Positions 40,222-54,451 of a stretch of 64,000 nucleotides of DNA are shown piece by piece (the stretch's first letter is position 1; every line of letters begins with the position of its first letter). Source of the DNA: Octopus sinensis (taxonomy: Eukaryota); assembly GCF_006345805.1 (NCBI RefSeq), contig NC_043003.1:70866001-70930000 (forward strand), in the 5' to 3' direction. The notes below the pieces were generated by a model. It was not told the DNA's origin, did not search any database, and saw only the letters and a list, made by a program, of their open reading frames with translations. The position numbers and the translations under genes are program-made.

Positions 40222-41110
40222 ATGGAGGTGCAATGGCCGAGTGGTTAGGGCAGCGGACTCGCGGTCGTAGGATCGCGGTTTCGATTCCCAGACCGGGCGT
40301 TGTGAGTGTTTATTGAGTGAAAATACCTAAGGCTCCACGAGATTCTGTCAGGGGATGGGGATGGAGGTGCAATAGCCGAGTGGTTATGGCAGCGGACTCG
40401 CGGTCGTAGGATCCCGGTTTCGATTCCCAGACCGGGCGTTGTGAGTGTTTATTGAGTGAAAACACCTAAGGCTCCACGAGATTCTGGCAGGGGGTGGGAT
40501 GGAGGTGCAATAGCCGAGTGGTTATGGCAGCGGATTCGCAGTCGTAGGATCGCGGTTTCGATTCCCAGACCGGGCGTTGTGAGTGTTTATTGAGTGAAAA
40601 CACCTAAGGCTCCACGAGATTCTGGCAGGGGGTGGGGTGGTGAACCCTGCAGTACTCTTTCATCACAACTTTCATTCTTTCTTCCTGCTTCTGTTGTACC
40701 TGTATTTCAAAGGGCCAGCCTTGTCAAACTCTGTGTCACGCTGAATCTCCCCGAGAACAACGTTAAGGGTACTCGTGTCTTATTTCTTTATTGCCCATAG
40801 GGGGCTAAACATAGAGGGGACAAACAAGGACAGACAAAGGGATTAAGTCGATTACATCAACCCCAGTGCGTAACTGGCACTTAATTTATCGACCTCGAAA
40901 GGATGAAAGCCAAAGTCGACCTTGGCGAAATTTGAACTCAGAAATTAACGGCAGACGAAATACTGCTAAGCATTTCGGCCGGCGCGCTAACGTTTCTGCC
41001 AGCTCGCTGCCTTTTTAAGGGTACTCGTGTCTGTGGAGTGCTCAGCCACTTGCACGTTAATTTCACGAGGAGGCTGTTCCGTTGATCGGATTAACTGGAA
41101 CGGAATGCCA
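40222..41110 (+). mobile_element. SINE family B with three tandem heads (about 140-bp period), split by a family A insertion
   Basis: tggaggtgcaat(g/a)gccgagtggtta starts at about 40222, 40361 and 40500. The body continues after 41032. Confidence 0.88.
40781..41014 (-). mobile_element. SINE family A nested in family B with an 18-bp TSD
   Basis: ttaagggtactcgtgtct at 40763-40780 and 41015-41032. Confidence 0.92.
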
Positions 41111-41375
41111 CGATATAGTCGTACAAACTCGGGTAATATATATGCATTCCGCACGTATGTACGAACTTAAAATGCAAGCATTCATCATTTCAACCATATG
41201 ATTATGTACTCAAAATAATTCTGCAGTAAATATGTTAGAAGAGTGAAGTAATATATATTTTTTTATACATAATAAACTCATAATTTAATGATTTATCAGT
41301 GGCCAACATACTAATAATATAAATTAAACATTATGGTATTTTCAAATCATTAAATAATGACTCTATCCTTATTAT

Positions 41376-41409
<34 letters not shown>

Positions 41410-41414
41410 GCACC

Positions 41415-41652
41415 CTTTTAAAGCCTAGCCAGGCTCATGGGTCCGGTTTCCCGGTTTCCATGGCGTATGTGTTCCCCAGCTGGACGGGACGCCAGTCTAT
41501 CGCAGCGTTACTCATTTTTACCAGCTGAGTGAACTGGAGTAACGTGGAATGAAGTGTTTTGCTCAAGAACGCAACGCGTCGCCCGGTCCAGGAATCGAAA
41601 CCACAATCTTACGATCATGATGCTGACACACTAACCACTAAGCCACGCGCCT
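41415..41652 (-). mobile_element. Chimeric SINE: family C head plus the tail seen at 35275
   Basis: Reverse strand reads tggcttagtggttag...gtttcgattcc...ttcttgagcaaaacac...gagtaacgctgcgatagactggcgtccc. Confidence 0.75.
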
Positions 41653-41691
41653 ACACACACACACACACACACGCACACACACACACACACG

Positions 41692-41751
<60 letters not shown>

Positions 41752-43910
41752 TTTGTCGCTGGAAAAAGCATATAGTATTATATAGTATATATATAGAAAA
41801 AATATCTCTCTTATGGTAAAGGTGTGAAAACAGCCATTTTGTTCAGGATCGCCATCTATCAGGAATCCCAGACATCGATGTTTCGAGTTTATTGATTCTT
41901 GTCAATGGGATGTACCTAAGAGAGACAACTCTGAACAAACTTATAAAGCAATAGCTTTGTTTAAAATTCTGTGAACACGCTGACTGATTTACGCTGGTAG
42001 ATCGCCCGATCGAGAAAATATATATGCCTACATACTTACATGAAATGTGATGGCCAACTAGTATACAAAGAGGTTCCTCTCAGAGGGTAGCTTTATATTT
42101 TCCCAGTCTGATAATGCCCAGGTCTTAATGTTGCTGGATTTAGGATATCCGAACTGCATTACTCTCTCTCTCTCTTCTTTCCCTCTTTCTCCCCTCTCTA
42201 TCTCTACTTCTCTCTATCAATCTATCTATCTATATCTATCTTTACATACATAGACGTAGGCGTGCTTGTGCGGTAAGAAGCTTGCTTCCCAACCACATGG
42301 TTCCGTGTTCAATCCCACTGCGTGGCACCTTGGGCGGGTGTCTTCTACTATAGCATCGGGCCGCCCAGTGCCTTGAGAGTGGATTTGGTAGAAGGAAACT
42401 CAAAGAAACCCGTCGGATATTTATGTGTGTATGTGTGTTTGTGTATACGTATACACTATCATCGTATGACAACCGCTGTTGGTGTGCTTATGTCCCTGTA
42501 ACCCAATGGCTCGGCATAAGAGACCAATAGATTACGAACCAGGCTTTAAAATAAAACACAGGGGTTGAGTCTAAAAGTTCTCAAAGGCGGTGCCCCAGCA
42601 TGGCCGCAGTCTAATGACTGAAGCAAACGAAAGAGTAAAGATATTAATAATTTCTCTCTCTTTCTCTCTCTTCCTCTCCCTCTCTTTCTCTTCCTCTCTC
42701 CCTCTCTCCTCTCTCTCTTGCTCTCTTTCTTTCATTAACCCTTTTTGTTCCTGCTCTTTAACCGCTCAGCATCAAATTACAAACGCATGCTTCGGTGCAT
42801 TATAATCCGCTTCCTCGTTTTTCTGTTGATCTCTTTCAGCCATCTTTTAATAACATTCAATAAATGCTTCTCCGTACGTTATTAAAGATTCTGCCCTCTG
42901 GGTACTTGCTTCTATGATATTCCTCACATTCAATTTCATTTCTAAAAATCTCCATTCTGTAGAAATTTTCTTTCCTGGAGGCTTCATTTATCTGTAAACA
43001 TTGGATTTTGATTCTTTCCAACATTCCCGGATTATATTCTTTTCTACGCTAGGCACAAGGCCAGAAATTTTGTGGGAGGAGGGCCAGTCAATTACATCGA
43101 CCTCAGTACACAACTGGTACTTGATTTATCAACCCCGAAAGGATGAAAGGCAAAGTCGAACTCGGCGGAATTTGAACTCAGAACGTAAAGACGGACGAAA
43201 TAATTCCCAGATTATATAACGTTTCTGCTGCGTTTAATGATGTATTCTCGTTATTGGGTAGATCTGTTACAGTATTTTTGGGGGGTTTTCTTTCGACTCT
43301 TAACGTTATGAGTTCAAATACAGCCGAGGTCGACTTTTTTTTTTCATCCTTTCGAGGTCGATAAAATAAGTACCAGTTGTACACTGGGAGTCGCTGCTAT
43401 CGACTTACCCCCACCTCCGAAATTGTTGATTTTGTGTCAAAATTTGAAGTCAATATTTTACCTATTTAACAAAGAATTCTAGTTATGTTTCGCTCTTGTA
43501 TTTGGTTGACAAGCTTCTTGATGTGAGCTCGTGCGTTGGAACATATTTTGTTTGACTTTGGGGCGGTTATTACGCCAGTCATTGTTCAGGTCGCGGACAG
43601 CCACAAAAGGACTTTGACAAAATCCAGTTAATTGATTGCTTGTTTGACCAAACGATTAATCGCAAAATCGGTTAGTTAATTGGTTAAATGAGTAACCAAT
43701 TGACTAATAATAATAAAAGAAATGAAATAGAACCAGTGTGTGTTCATTATTGACATAATGACCCTCCCGAAGTAAAAAAAATGAATAGTTTTGGACCTCG
43801 ATTAAAACCATTTCACTTCATTTTCGCTATTAATAACTTTGCAAAAGTCACGAATGTCACAATTACATATTTTTTATTAATGTTTAGCAGAAGCAACAGA
43901 GTGACTCAAG

Positions 43911-43942
43911 GACCGAGAGTTTCGTGCGTTAGCCCTTTTCAA
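43911..43942 (-). ncRNA. Partial hammerhead-like motif with U3-A8 core (second copy at 61200-61231)
   Basis: TTGAAAA-GGG(ctaacg)CAC-GAAAC(tctcg)GTC. The 61200 copy reads TTGATAA-GTG(ttaacg)CAC-GAAAC(tctcg)GTC. No stem I was found. Confidence 0.35.
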
Positions 43943-44991
43943 GCTAATTATAGGTCGAGTGGGTTGTAAATTTATACACCGATGACAATGGTATTTCCCT
44001 GGAACAAACTATAAATACAATCACACTGTCACGTGGATAATTCATATTTTTTCAAATCTGGAGGTCACAATTATTTTTTATATTTGGGTTTTTTTTCTCT
44101 GCCTTAATAAAATACGGAGGTTTTTCTGTCTAACCTAAAAGAAATCTCTATAACTAATGCTAAAGAAAAAAAAAGACATAAGACATCATGCTCCCTTTTT
44201 TATACTATTTACGGCAGAAGCGTTGACACAATACAACCATTATCTTCTTTCTACAATATATTTCCTTATCATGTACGATAACAATAAATTTATTTCCATC
44301 TTACATTAAAACAAAATACATTTTCCCCAAAGCGAAAGTAAAACTAATTCACTTGCTAATAATCATTTGTGTATCTGCTTTCATTCCAATTGGATAACTC
44401 TGTAACACCCTTCCAGGTTTCAACCGAAATAGCCTCTTTTTATGTTGTTCATCCTTTTCATGTATTTCCTTTTGAACTTAACGACTTGTGTTGTTTTCAT
44501 AAAATAATTTTAGATAAATGCATGTTGCCGCGATAATTAGTCGCCATAGCAACTATCAAATCCAATTAGTAATTTCTTATTAACACTCGGTCATCATGAC
44601 GTTGATTTCGGTGGCACAAAATGTTAAATTTTAATTTGTTTATAAGTTTAATCAAAATATTTTCTTGAAGTTATTTTCAATTTTGTTTCCAATGAAATCA
44701 AATCATTTTTGACTAATTAAAGATTTTATTTGTTTCAACTAATCGTAGCGATTATCTTCTCAACAGATCAACAACTGGCAGCTGAAGTTTGTGTAAGATT
44801 TACCCAGATCTGCCTCGTAGTTGTTATAGTTGTTGCTGTTGTTGTTGCAATTATTGTTGGTGTTGTTGTTGTTACTATTGCTTAGCTTCAAGTTTGCCCC
44901 TGTACGGCAGATATAGGATTGAAACTTCTCCAACCATTACCACCACCCTATGTATATATATATATATATATATACACATACATACGTACAT

Positions 44992-45130
<139 letters not shown>

Positions 45131-45135
45131 GGATA

Positions 45136-45175
<40 letters not shown>

Positions 45176-45377
45176 GGATATATATATATATTATATATAT
45201 ATATACATATATATATAGGTGAAGGAGTGGCTGTGTGATAGGTAGCTTGCTTACCAACCACATGGTTCCGGGTTCAGCCCCACTGCATGGCACCTTGGGC
45301 TAGTGTCTTCTACTATAGCCTCGGGCCCACGAAAGCTTTGTGAGTGGATTTTGTAGGCAGAAACTGAAAGTAACCTG

Positions 45378-45423
<46 letters not shown>

Positions 45424-46061
45424 GTTTGTGTGTCTGTGTTTGTTCCCCCACCATCGCTTGACAACCGATGTTGATGTGTTTACGTTCCCGTAACTTAGCA
45501 GTCCAGCAAAAATTAGAATAAGTTATAACATAGGTTATATGAACAGACAAACACACATACACAAATGAAGACTGAAACACATGACCATATGGAGACACCC
45601 CCACACATATGGAGATGCACATCCATACATACAAACATGGTACATAGTTGCAAAACACACACACACACAGACATGCACACACAAGGAGACAGGTGCATAC
45701 ATATACAAACACACGCTCACACACACATACATAAAAATACACAAACACGGACATGCAAGCACATGAATATGCAGAATACATACATACAGATGCACACACA
45801 TACATATGTATCACACACATATACATACACACACATGCATACATACATACATGCATGCAATAGGCACACACATACCCACACACATGCGCACAAACAAACA
45901 AGAAAGCGGTGTAAATAACGGACAGAGTCAAGACTATTGAAAAGGTTACAAGACGCAACGAAAATTTTAGGAAAATAAAATAAGAAATAAGTGGAAATTT
46001 TAGCGGTGAGTGTGTTACATTATAAGGCACAAAAAGAAAATAACTCTCCCCAGACACAACA

Positions 46062-46121
<60 letters not shown>

Positions 46122-46188
46122 TACATGTGGATTGTTGGCGATTTTGTTCCTCCATCTTCCGTTTCTCTTACACTTTCTTCTGTCTCCT

Positions 46189-46223
46189 GTTTCTGAAGAA
46201 GAGTTTTGCTCGAAACATAAAAC
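46189..46223 (+). ncRNA. Type I hammerhead-like motif, canonical core
   Basis: GTTT-CTGAAGA-A-GAG(ttttg)CTC-GAAAC-ATA-AAAC. Stem I GTTT/AAAC covaries with CTTT/AAAG of family F. About 90 nt upstream of (TA)n. Confidence 0.55.
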
Positions 46224-46305
46224 AAACTTTCTTTCCTTCCCAGAGTGTCTGTTAATACTTTACATGTACCAGGTCCTCCTGTTGTTTTTTCTTGTTATTT
46301 TTTTA

Positions 46306-46361
<56 letters not shown>

Positions 46362-46973
46362 GTTTTTCATTGGTTCATTAATCACAGATCCGAGAATAAT
46401 ATGGTATGTTCAGTTGTGAACCAAGTGACACTTATCACGAATTGATCTGTGATAACACGGGATGGGGATGAGTCGAAGATTCTGCTTGAATCACAAAAGC
46501 GCCCCACCTCAGCGGCCATCCACAATGCTCTGGACAGCTTGGGGGTCTGGAACGAAATCTATTTATCCCATATGTTCTATTATTCATGTATTACTGATTC
46601 ATTTAACACGGTGATTGGGTGTGGCTGGGGGATCAAATCGCGTGATAAATGAAGATAGACGTAGACAGGATTCGAATCCTGTTTCTTTTGGTGACCATCC
46701 CATCGATACTACTAACAATACCTCTTTTCGTTATCGTTTACGTCATCTCAACAAATGTAAATGAATGTTCTTACGTTCTCGACGATCAAATTTTTCACTT
46801 GAATTTTATTTGAATGAAAACTAAGATTTTGTTTTCTTCTTTTAATTTAATTATCATTTGGTACTTAAACATATTTAGTGAAAGGAGAAAATATGATACT
46901 CTAAATCTATAAATATTCGCTTGCTAATAAAGAGAAATCAATTCCTCTAAGCTGATTGAACAATAATACCAAG

Positions 46974-47013
<40 letters not shown>

Positions 47014-47047
47014 GTGTGTATTTATACTTACATCTATATATATATGT

Positions 47048-47078
<31 letters not shown>

Positions 47079-47219
47079 ATATATGCACACATACAAACAT
47101 CGTGCTTGTATTTACATACATATGCATATATTTACATATATATACACACATATATATATATGCATGTATATTTATACACTTATGTATATTTACATATATA
47201 TATACATATATATATACAG

Positions 47220-47276
<57 letters not shown>

Positions 47277-47513
47277 ATATGCATTTATACCTGCATACAT
47301 ATACATACACATGCATATACATACATATATATACATTCTTTCATATTTCTTAGGAAGAAGAGCGCGGGATACCTTCATATTATATTGAGAGAAATAAATA
47401 ATTGCCAATTATACGAAGTTCGAGAATAGACAGATACGTTTTTTTACTGACATATTATTATTATCATCATCATCATCAGCAGCAGCAGCAATAGTAGTTG
47501 TAGTAGTAGTAGC

Positions 47514-47589
<76 letters not shown>

Positions 47590-47959
47590 CAATAGTTAAA
47601 TGAACTACACTTTTAGCTTCTTTCCTTTTGTCTATTTTTTTCTTTTTTTTACTCTGTTCGTTTTAATATATTATTGTAAGAGTCAGATTTCTTCAACAGA
47701 ATAAATAGCTATAAGAAGAGAGATTCTTTTGAAGAAATGAAATATCCGAACATTATATCGACTGAGGTGCAATGCAACAGTGTTAGTGAGGTAAGCAAAT
47801 TTAAACTTGCTTTAGAAAGAAATTACAAACAGAAAAAATGAGAGCCAGATCGATAACCAATCGATTACTCCTGATAGAACTTGGTTAATCTTAAAGAAGG
47901 CTCGTACTTTGTTTTTTACGATTTTGGCCTAAACAAGGCTCGAGGCCTCTATAACGTAA

Positions 47960-48460
47960 GAAAAGCAAGGAAGGGACTATAAATTCAATCGATGTTAATT
48001 GAAAGAATGTTTAAAGGACTGAATATCATCGACCAAATTTTCATAGATCTGCATATCATAGAATACCATAGAATACCATAGAGTACCATAGTTGTGGTAC
48101 TCTCAAGAAGAAGATGGTAGTGTGTTCCAAGAAGCATAATTTCAAAAGAAGATCTTGGAATTAAAGGACTTCTGATTAACAGGAAGTTCAAGAGAGAAAC
48201 AACACACCTAAGAAGAGAAGCAGTAATAGATTTAAAGGTCTTGAGAGGGGGTTTCTAGACCAGAACGCTCATCAGAGCAATGGCTATAGAAATATTTATA
48301 GGAAAGATACAACGAAGATACATTTCAACGTTGAGCCCAAGAATCTAATCTTATAGAGAGACGAGGAGTCATCGTGTTAACAACTTGATTATTAATTCGA
48401 TCAAGCAAGTTAAGACACTGAGAAGAGGCATCACTCCAAAGATGGTCGTAATTTTTAATA
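47960..48460 (-). mobile_element. Degenerate CR1/L2-group LINE 3' region
   Basis: The minus strand resembles ...SSLYLSYKYFYSHCSDE...NSKIFF...WN patterns of L2/Crack C-termini. Many stops. Confidence 0.4.
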
Positions 48461-50329
48461 AATTTATTGTAGAGTTCATTATAAATTTCAACATTTAATA
48501 ACTAATTTGTGTTGGGGACAAAGGATCAATAACTAGTTAACACTTTTTAATTGACGTCCTTTTGAATCTTTTACTGAGTAATTTATCAGTTTTGTGTTAT
48601 TAAATGTGAAGGCGCGTGGCCAAGTAGTTTAGAGTGTTGCTCTCACGATCGCTTGATCGTGGGTTCGATTTCCAGATCAAGGAATTTTCTGCCCAGAAGC
48701 TCACACAGGTTCCTGGCCTTCTTGAAGTGTAGGATGGAAATTCGAAAACAGTTGAAGCGGTACGGGATCCGGTTGTAGAAAGCGGGAGTTTGTTAGAATG
48801 GTATGCTGAAGTGACCGCTTCACAGGATGGAAAGAAATCTGTTCGCTAGACTGATGGTTTGGCTGATGGTAGAGACTTGAGAAATGACGGCGACTTGATA
48901 GCGAAGAAGTGTTTACTACAGAGGCACTGGCGAAGAAAGTGATGGCAGATTCGATGTGTATGGATGTGAAGAATAACAGTCGAGATAGAAGGGAATGTCT
49001 AAAGGTTAAGTGAGGTAAAGAGGTAGATTTATAAAGATTGTTTGCTTGTGATAAACTTTTAATTAAGAGTGAATTAATTATCTCAAATTTCTTCGAGAGA
49101 AACCATATTCTTACTTTATGCAAATCATAAAATTTACTCATTTCAAAACACTTGTACCCATTTCTACAACCAATTTTATCATTTAAGTACATTAAACATG
49201 CTAACCACCAAATGTTGAAAATATACCTCTCAACACAATTTTCAATCGTATTTTAGATGGAAGTTGGTGAGGGTTGCCATTGGTATTTTATTTTCTGCAT
49301 AACACGATTTCATTGAATTATCTTATACAAAATTTTGAAGTCAACGCAAGAAAACTAGTTCAAGATATTCCAAAAACTTTATCGATTTATAATAATCATA
49401 ATGCACATTCATTTAGGATATTGAAGAAAGTTTACATAATATGAAAATAGCGATGGGGGATATCGATTTGCTATTCAAAAGATTATTTGTCTAAAATAAA
49501 TTCCGTTTATCATACTTTCGCTTCAAGTGGATCTTTTCTCTGTTGAATAAAAACAAAAAGATGCTCGATTGTGCTGGAATGCAGAAACGTTTTGCGTTGA
49601 ACTATACGACGAAACTTCTCTATTGTGGCCATTATTATTATCATTGTCATTATTATTGTTGTTGTTGGTGTTGCTGTTTTAATGCACTTAAAGTATTCAC
49701 TGAAGCAAACAAAACGGAGGCTTATCAAATGTAGGTCAGTTGAAGCAATGTCCAGATTTATGATAATAACCGTATTCCCATTAATACGTTCAACAAAACC
49801 CCCAAGACGGACAAATAACATTATTTAGTTGTTAGAATATGGTTAATTTGATTTCTTTTATTCATAAAAACGCTGTTTTGAGAAACTCGTCTACAAAATG
49901 GGTAACGTTTCTGACAGATCATGTGACACCGGAGCTGAGAATAATTGCGAACGAAATAAATTGAACTGAAAACCACAGGCTGAATTATCGATCCTTCAAC
50001 AAAATGAATGAGAATAACATTACTTCCTTCGTCATTTCATTCAGTTACTAAACACCTCCCAATAATAGATCTTTTTATCGTTTGTTGCAGTCATTAGACT
50101 GTGGTCATACTGGGACACCACCTTGAAAAATTGTTGTCGAACAAATCGGCCCCAAGACTTAACACGTTTAAGCTTGGTACTTATTCTGTCAGGCTCTTTT
50201 GCCGAACACCTAAGCTACGAGTCCATAAACACATCAGCACCGGTTGCCAAGCGGTAGTGGGGAACAAATACGGACACAAACACACACACATACATTTATT
50301 AATATATGTATATATATATATATATATAT

Positions 50330-50391
<62 letters not shown>

Positions 50392-50410
50392 TATATATGT
50401 ATATATATAC

Positions 50411-50444
<34 letters not shown>

Positions 50445-51056
50445 GTATGTATATATATATTTATATTTCGTTTTCTTATTTGGTTTGCCAAGATTCTTTA
50501 AATGAATTCGTGTGTTGAAGCATATTTTATTGACTTTGGGGAGAGTCATTCTCTTTTAGTCCCTGACTAATTTAACACTCTCACCGGTCTGATTTCCACT
50601 CATTAACTTATTAATTTAAAATTTTCGTTGCGTCTTGCAACCTTTTCAATAGTCGTTGATTCTGTCTATTATCGGAACAGCGTTCCTTTTTTGAGTTTGT
50701 TTGTTTGTGTGCATGAGTGTGCATTGTGTGCATGATTTCAGCACAACGTATTTCTGTAGTGAGTATATATTGATATGTGGAAATTGACGATTTAAAAGTC
50801 TGTTATCAGCATATTAGCATGGAAATAATTTTCTTTTGCCCATGTTTATAATTTGTTTATAATTTTAACCTTTAAAGGTATTTTTATATGCTGCCACTTT
50901 ATGATGAAATTTCTTTCTCTAAAAAAACTTCATCCTATATTAGTAGTATATATATATATATATAAAGCAAGTAAGTAACAAGGATGTGAAGGTATTAGTG
51001 CAATACGGCCGTTACAGGCGGCTCCATTTAATCCAACTGAATCTTAATAATTTCTT

Positions 51057-51134
<78 letters not shown>

Positions 51135-52680
51135 GAATATGATGATTGATTCATCTTGACAATTGATAGCCGTCACATCAAAACACACACCACACCTCAT
51201 CACACAACACAATCACTCTGTTGATGAGCCCTCAGATGACATTTAAGACCAGTTACTGACTGACAGGCTTTAAAACACAAGTAACAGATATTCAAGTTTC
51301 TTCTACATCTTTGCCCTTTGGGATCTGATTCTGAAGGAATGTTTTGTGAACTAGTATATGTCTTTTAAGTCCAGATATTGTCTTACAAGTTTTGTGACAT
51401 ATGACACAAATCGTAAGAAGCGGTTGATGTTCAAGGTTATTACCTACTTGGGCATTTCGACTTTCATGTGACTACATACAATTCACATATCCTGCTTTTG
51501 ACGACAGAACACGATCACATATAATACATGTCCAATGTTCCCTGTTGGTTACAGTTCCAATTGTTCCTTTGCGACAGGCCTTTGTAAGCTCAGAGTACTG
51601 AATCATCTTTCCTCTCAGCTATTGCAACCAGTCCTAACAGCAACTCTACACTTGTTCCAATTTAGAACATTAATTTCTCAATCACTTTTGTTCATACCTA
51701 ATTTCTTCAGGTTTTCCTTCACACAGTCTTTATACCTTTTCCTCAACTTATGTTGTGGTCGCTTACCAGAGTTGAGCTCACCATAAAAAAGACGTTTTGG
51801 CAATTGCTCATTTTTCATTCTAATAACATGTCCAGCCCATCTCACTTGAGCCAAGATAGCATATTGTTCAATTGAGCTACAACTTGCCATGCGCATAACT
51901 TCTGTATCTGTATCTGGTATGAAACATTCCCAATTGACTCCCAAGATACATCTCAGGCACTTTTGATGAAATCTCTCCAGCATTTTCATACGAAGCCAGT
52001 AAGCGTTCCCCGTCTCACTCGAATAAAGAATTTCAGTCAATACACACGTTTTATAGACACTGATTTTTCTCTACGGGGAAATAACTCTGTCCGTCCATAC
52101 TCGCTTTTCAAGCTTTCCTATTGCAACACTTCCCTTCCCTATTCAATGGTATATCTCTGCATCAAGACCACCATCACTTGAGAGTGTGCTTCCAAGGTAA
52201 ACAAAAGTGTCAATGACTTCTAACGTTGTTCTATTCAGAAAATGTTTGGTTCAGAATATGTTTGTCCCGACACGGGAGTAAACATTATTTTGGCTTTCCC
52301 AAGACTAATTGTAAGTCCGAAATGTACACATGTAGTGGGAAATCTGTCCATTAAATGTTGCATATCCCCCTCTGAAGGTGTCGATCAATCAGTATCATCA
52401 GCACAATGAAATGCTCTAACAAGTACTTTGAAATTCTTTGTTTTGCAGTTAAACCAGGTCATATTAAAAGTACGACCAGATGTCCGAAATCTGATTCCGA
52501 TTCCCCTGTTGCAACCCTTGAAATCATACCAAAGCAATGTAGCAAAATAAATAGAGTGCGGGGGCAAGAATATCTCCCTGTTTGACATCGTTGTCCACCG
52601 AATATTCATGGACATAATATACAACACAGGCAGGCACTGTGGATTGTTTTGTGTAAACTTGGTTGCCCAACACGTTTTGG
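51135..52680 (-). mobile_element. 5'-truncated RTE-clade (BovB-like) LINE with C-terminal C2H2 zinc fingers
   Basis: VKQGDILAPTLF; GIGIRFRTSGRTFN...ADD; ILYSSETG; FHQKCLRCILGV; QVRWAGHVIRMKNEQLPKRLFYGEL..GKRP...KRYKD; then three CxxC..H..H motifs (51224-51535). Frameshifts and stops are present. Confidence 0.88.
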
Positions 52681-52684
52681 TCTC

Positions 52685-52825
52685 TGGGCTACACAACGTG
52701 TCGAGTAAAGGTACTCCAAAGATCCTTCGAAGGAAACCCATATCAGCCGCTTGTGTTCGCGATTGTACTCCTTTTGTCATCACCCAACATTCATAACCGT
52801 TGGTGAAAACGGACACAAAACCCAA
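52685..52825 (-). mobile_element. Fragment of a second RTE-type LINE
   Basis: GYECWVMTKGVQSRTQAADMGFLRRIFGV, a typical RTE post-RT segment. Confidence 0.55.
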
Positions 52826-52879
52826 ACGATTACGTTGAATTAAAACTTGTAAATAAATGAAGATACAGATTTAATATCT

Positions 52880-52949
52880 TTATATTTTCTTTCTCTTTCA
52901 GAGAAGAAACTGCAGTCTTTGACGTCAAACTGAAGAATAAAACATCAAG
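52880..52949 (+). promoter_or_regulatory. Splice acceptor and 48-nt 5'UTR part of the first GPCR coding exon
   Basis: ttttctttctctttcAG ends at 52901, followed by 48 nt containing an in-frame stop before the ATG. This implies at least one upstream non-coding exon. Confidence 0.75.
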
Positions 52950-53337
52950 ATGAATATCAGTGGTAACATCACTTTTAACAACAGTATAAGCAGCTTCTGT
53001 CTGCCGGGCAGTACAGTTAAACAAAAAGACATATCACGCCTGGTGCATATGTTCCAGGCTCCTAGTCCAGCACCTGTCATTGCCATACATGAAATAGTCC
53101 TGAAAATAAGTTTGTATGTTGTAGCATTCGTCATGGATATTGTTGGTAATGTGCTGGTTATGTTAATTATCTACCTCAACAAACGTATGCACTGCACAAC
53201 CAACTATCTTATCATGAATCTGGCAATTTCAGACATTTTGGTTGGGTTGTTCTGTATGTGGGTCCACATCGGTAATCAAATCACTCCAGAATGGCCGTTT
53301 GGTGATTTGGTCTGTAAAGTCAACACATTTATTCAAG
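52950..53337 (+). CDS. Class A (rhodopsin-like) GPCR, neuropeptide-receptor type (orexin/NPFF/QRFP/tachykinin-like superfamily), first coding exon: N-terminus to start of TM3
   Basis: ATG at 52950 with an in-frame TGA upstream at 52920-52922. Translation shows N-glycosylation sequons (NIS, NIT, NNS), TM1 DIVGNVLV, TM2 NLAISD, ECL1 WPFG and C3.25 in LVCK. The exon ends at donor CAAG|GTAAGG (GT at 53338), phase 1. Confidence 0.93.
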
Positions 53338-53559
53338 GTAAGGACGCTGTATTTATTTGTATATATCAATTATAATTAGAAACAAAAATGGATTATTTTG
53401 TTTCGTTTGCTTGTTTTTAATTAGTTTTGCCTCTGACTAGAATCCTACCAAACAGTAACAAGTCTGAAGAAATAACAGCTATCTTTTTTTATAAGAAATT
53501 CCCAAACAAGGCGAGAAGCTGCTTAGTGTAAGATACTATGGAGAAAGAGAAATTATTAA

Positions 53560-53780
53560 TAACTTTACTTTAGACTTGAAAGAGCTCGAAAGCAATGAGG
53601 TGGAAGAGAGTTCCAAAGTCTGGCATTTCGAGGGGGAAAGCTACGAGCGTTGAAAGATCTCCCATTTTCGTGAAAGCACAGCAGCTAAAGAGAACATGAA
53701 GATTATCAAAGTGTAAAATTACCGTAATATGATCGCCATCGTAGCTTGTTATGCGGTTTAGTTTTCTTACCATTTCTTTT
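53560..53780 (-). mobile_element. CR1/L2-group LINE 3' fragment in GPCR intron
   Basis: Minus strand contains ARLWNSLPPHCF. Confidence 0.4.
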
Positions 53781-54296
53781 AATCTTCCTGATTTCTTCTT
53801 CTGGTGGCTGTGTATTCCACAGACACGTGTACTCTTAACGTAATCCTCAAGCAGAATCAGCATGATATAGAGTGTGTCAAAGCAGTACCTTTTGAATTAC
53901 AGGTGCAGTCCAGGAGCTTCCACACAGTTTCCGTCTATCTGATTTTACTCCAACGGCATGGGCCGACCCTATGATATAGCAAAAGCATTTGCTCAAGGCG
54001 CTACATCATTGTGAAGCCAGTTTCTCGAACGTTCAGTCAACGAAGAATGAAATACCTGAACGGCTAAAGTACTTAACTATCAGGTTTTCGGGTTGTGTAT
54101 CTATTGTGTATCTAAAAATGTATTTGATATAACAGGATGAAGATAGCATAGATATCAAAAATAAATAACAAATCTGGGATTGTTACAAGAGATAAATCAA
54201 TTTTCTATTTCTTCAGAAAGTGTTACCTTATCTATTTAAGGCCATAAAGTCGAGGCTACGACTAAACACTATAGAAGACTTCCCATATCTATCTAT

Positions 54297-54417
<121 letters not shown>

Positions 54418-54418
54418 C

Positions 54419-54451
<33 letters not shown>

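Noticed and set aside
47680-47790. Possible additional UTR exon ending at GAG|GTAAGC (47791)
   Set aside because: The donor is good but the acceptor is ambiguous. Unsupported without transcripts.
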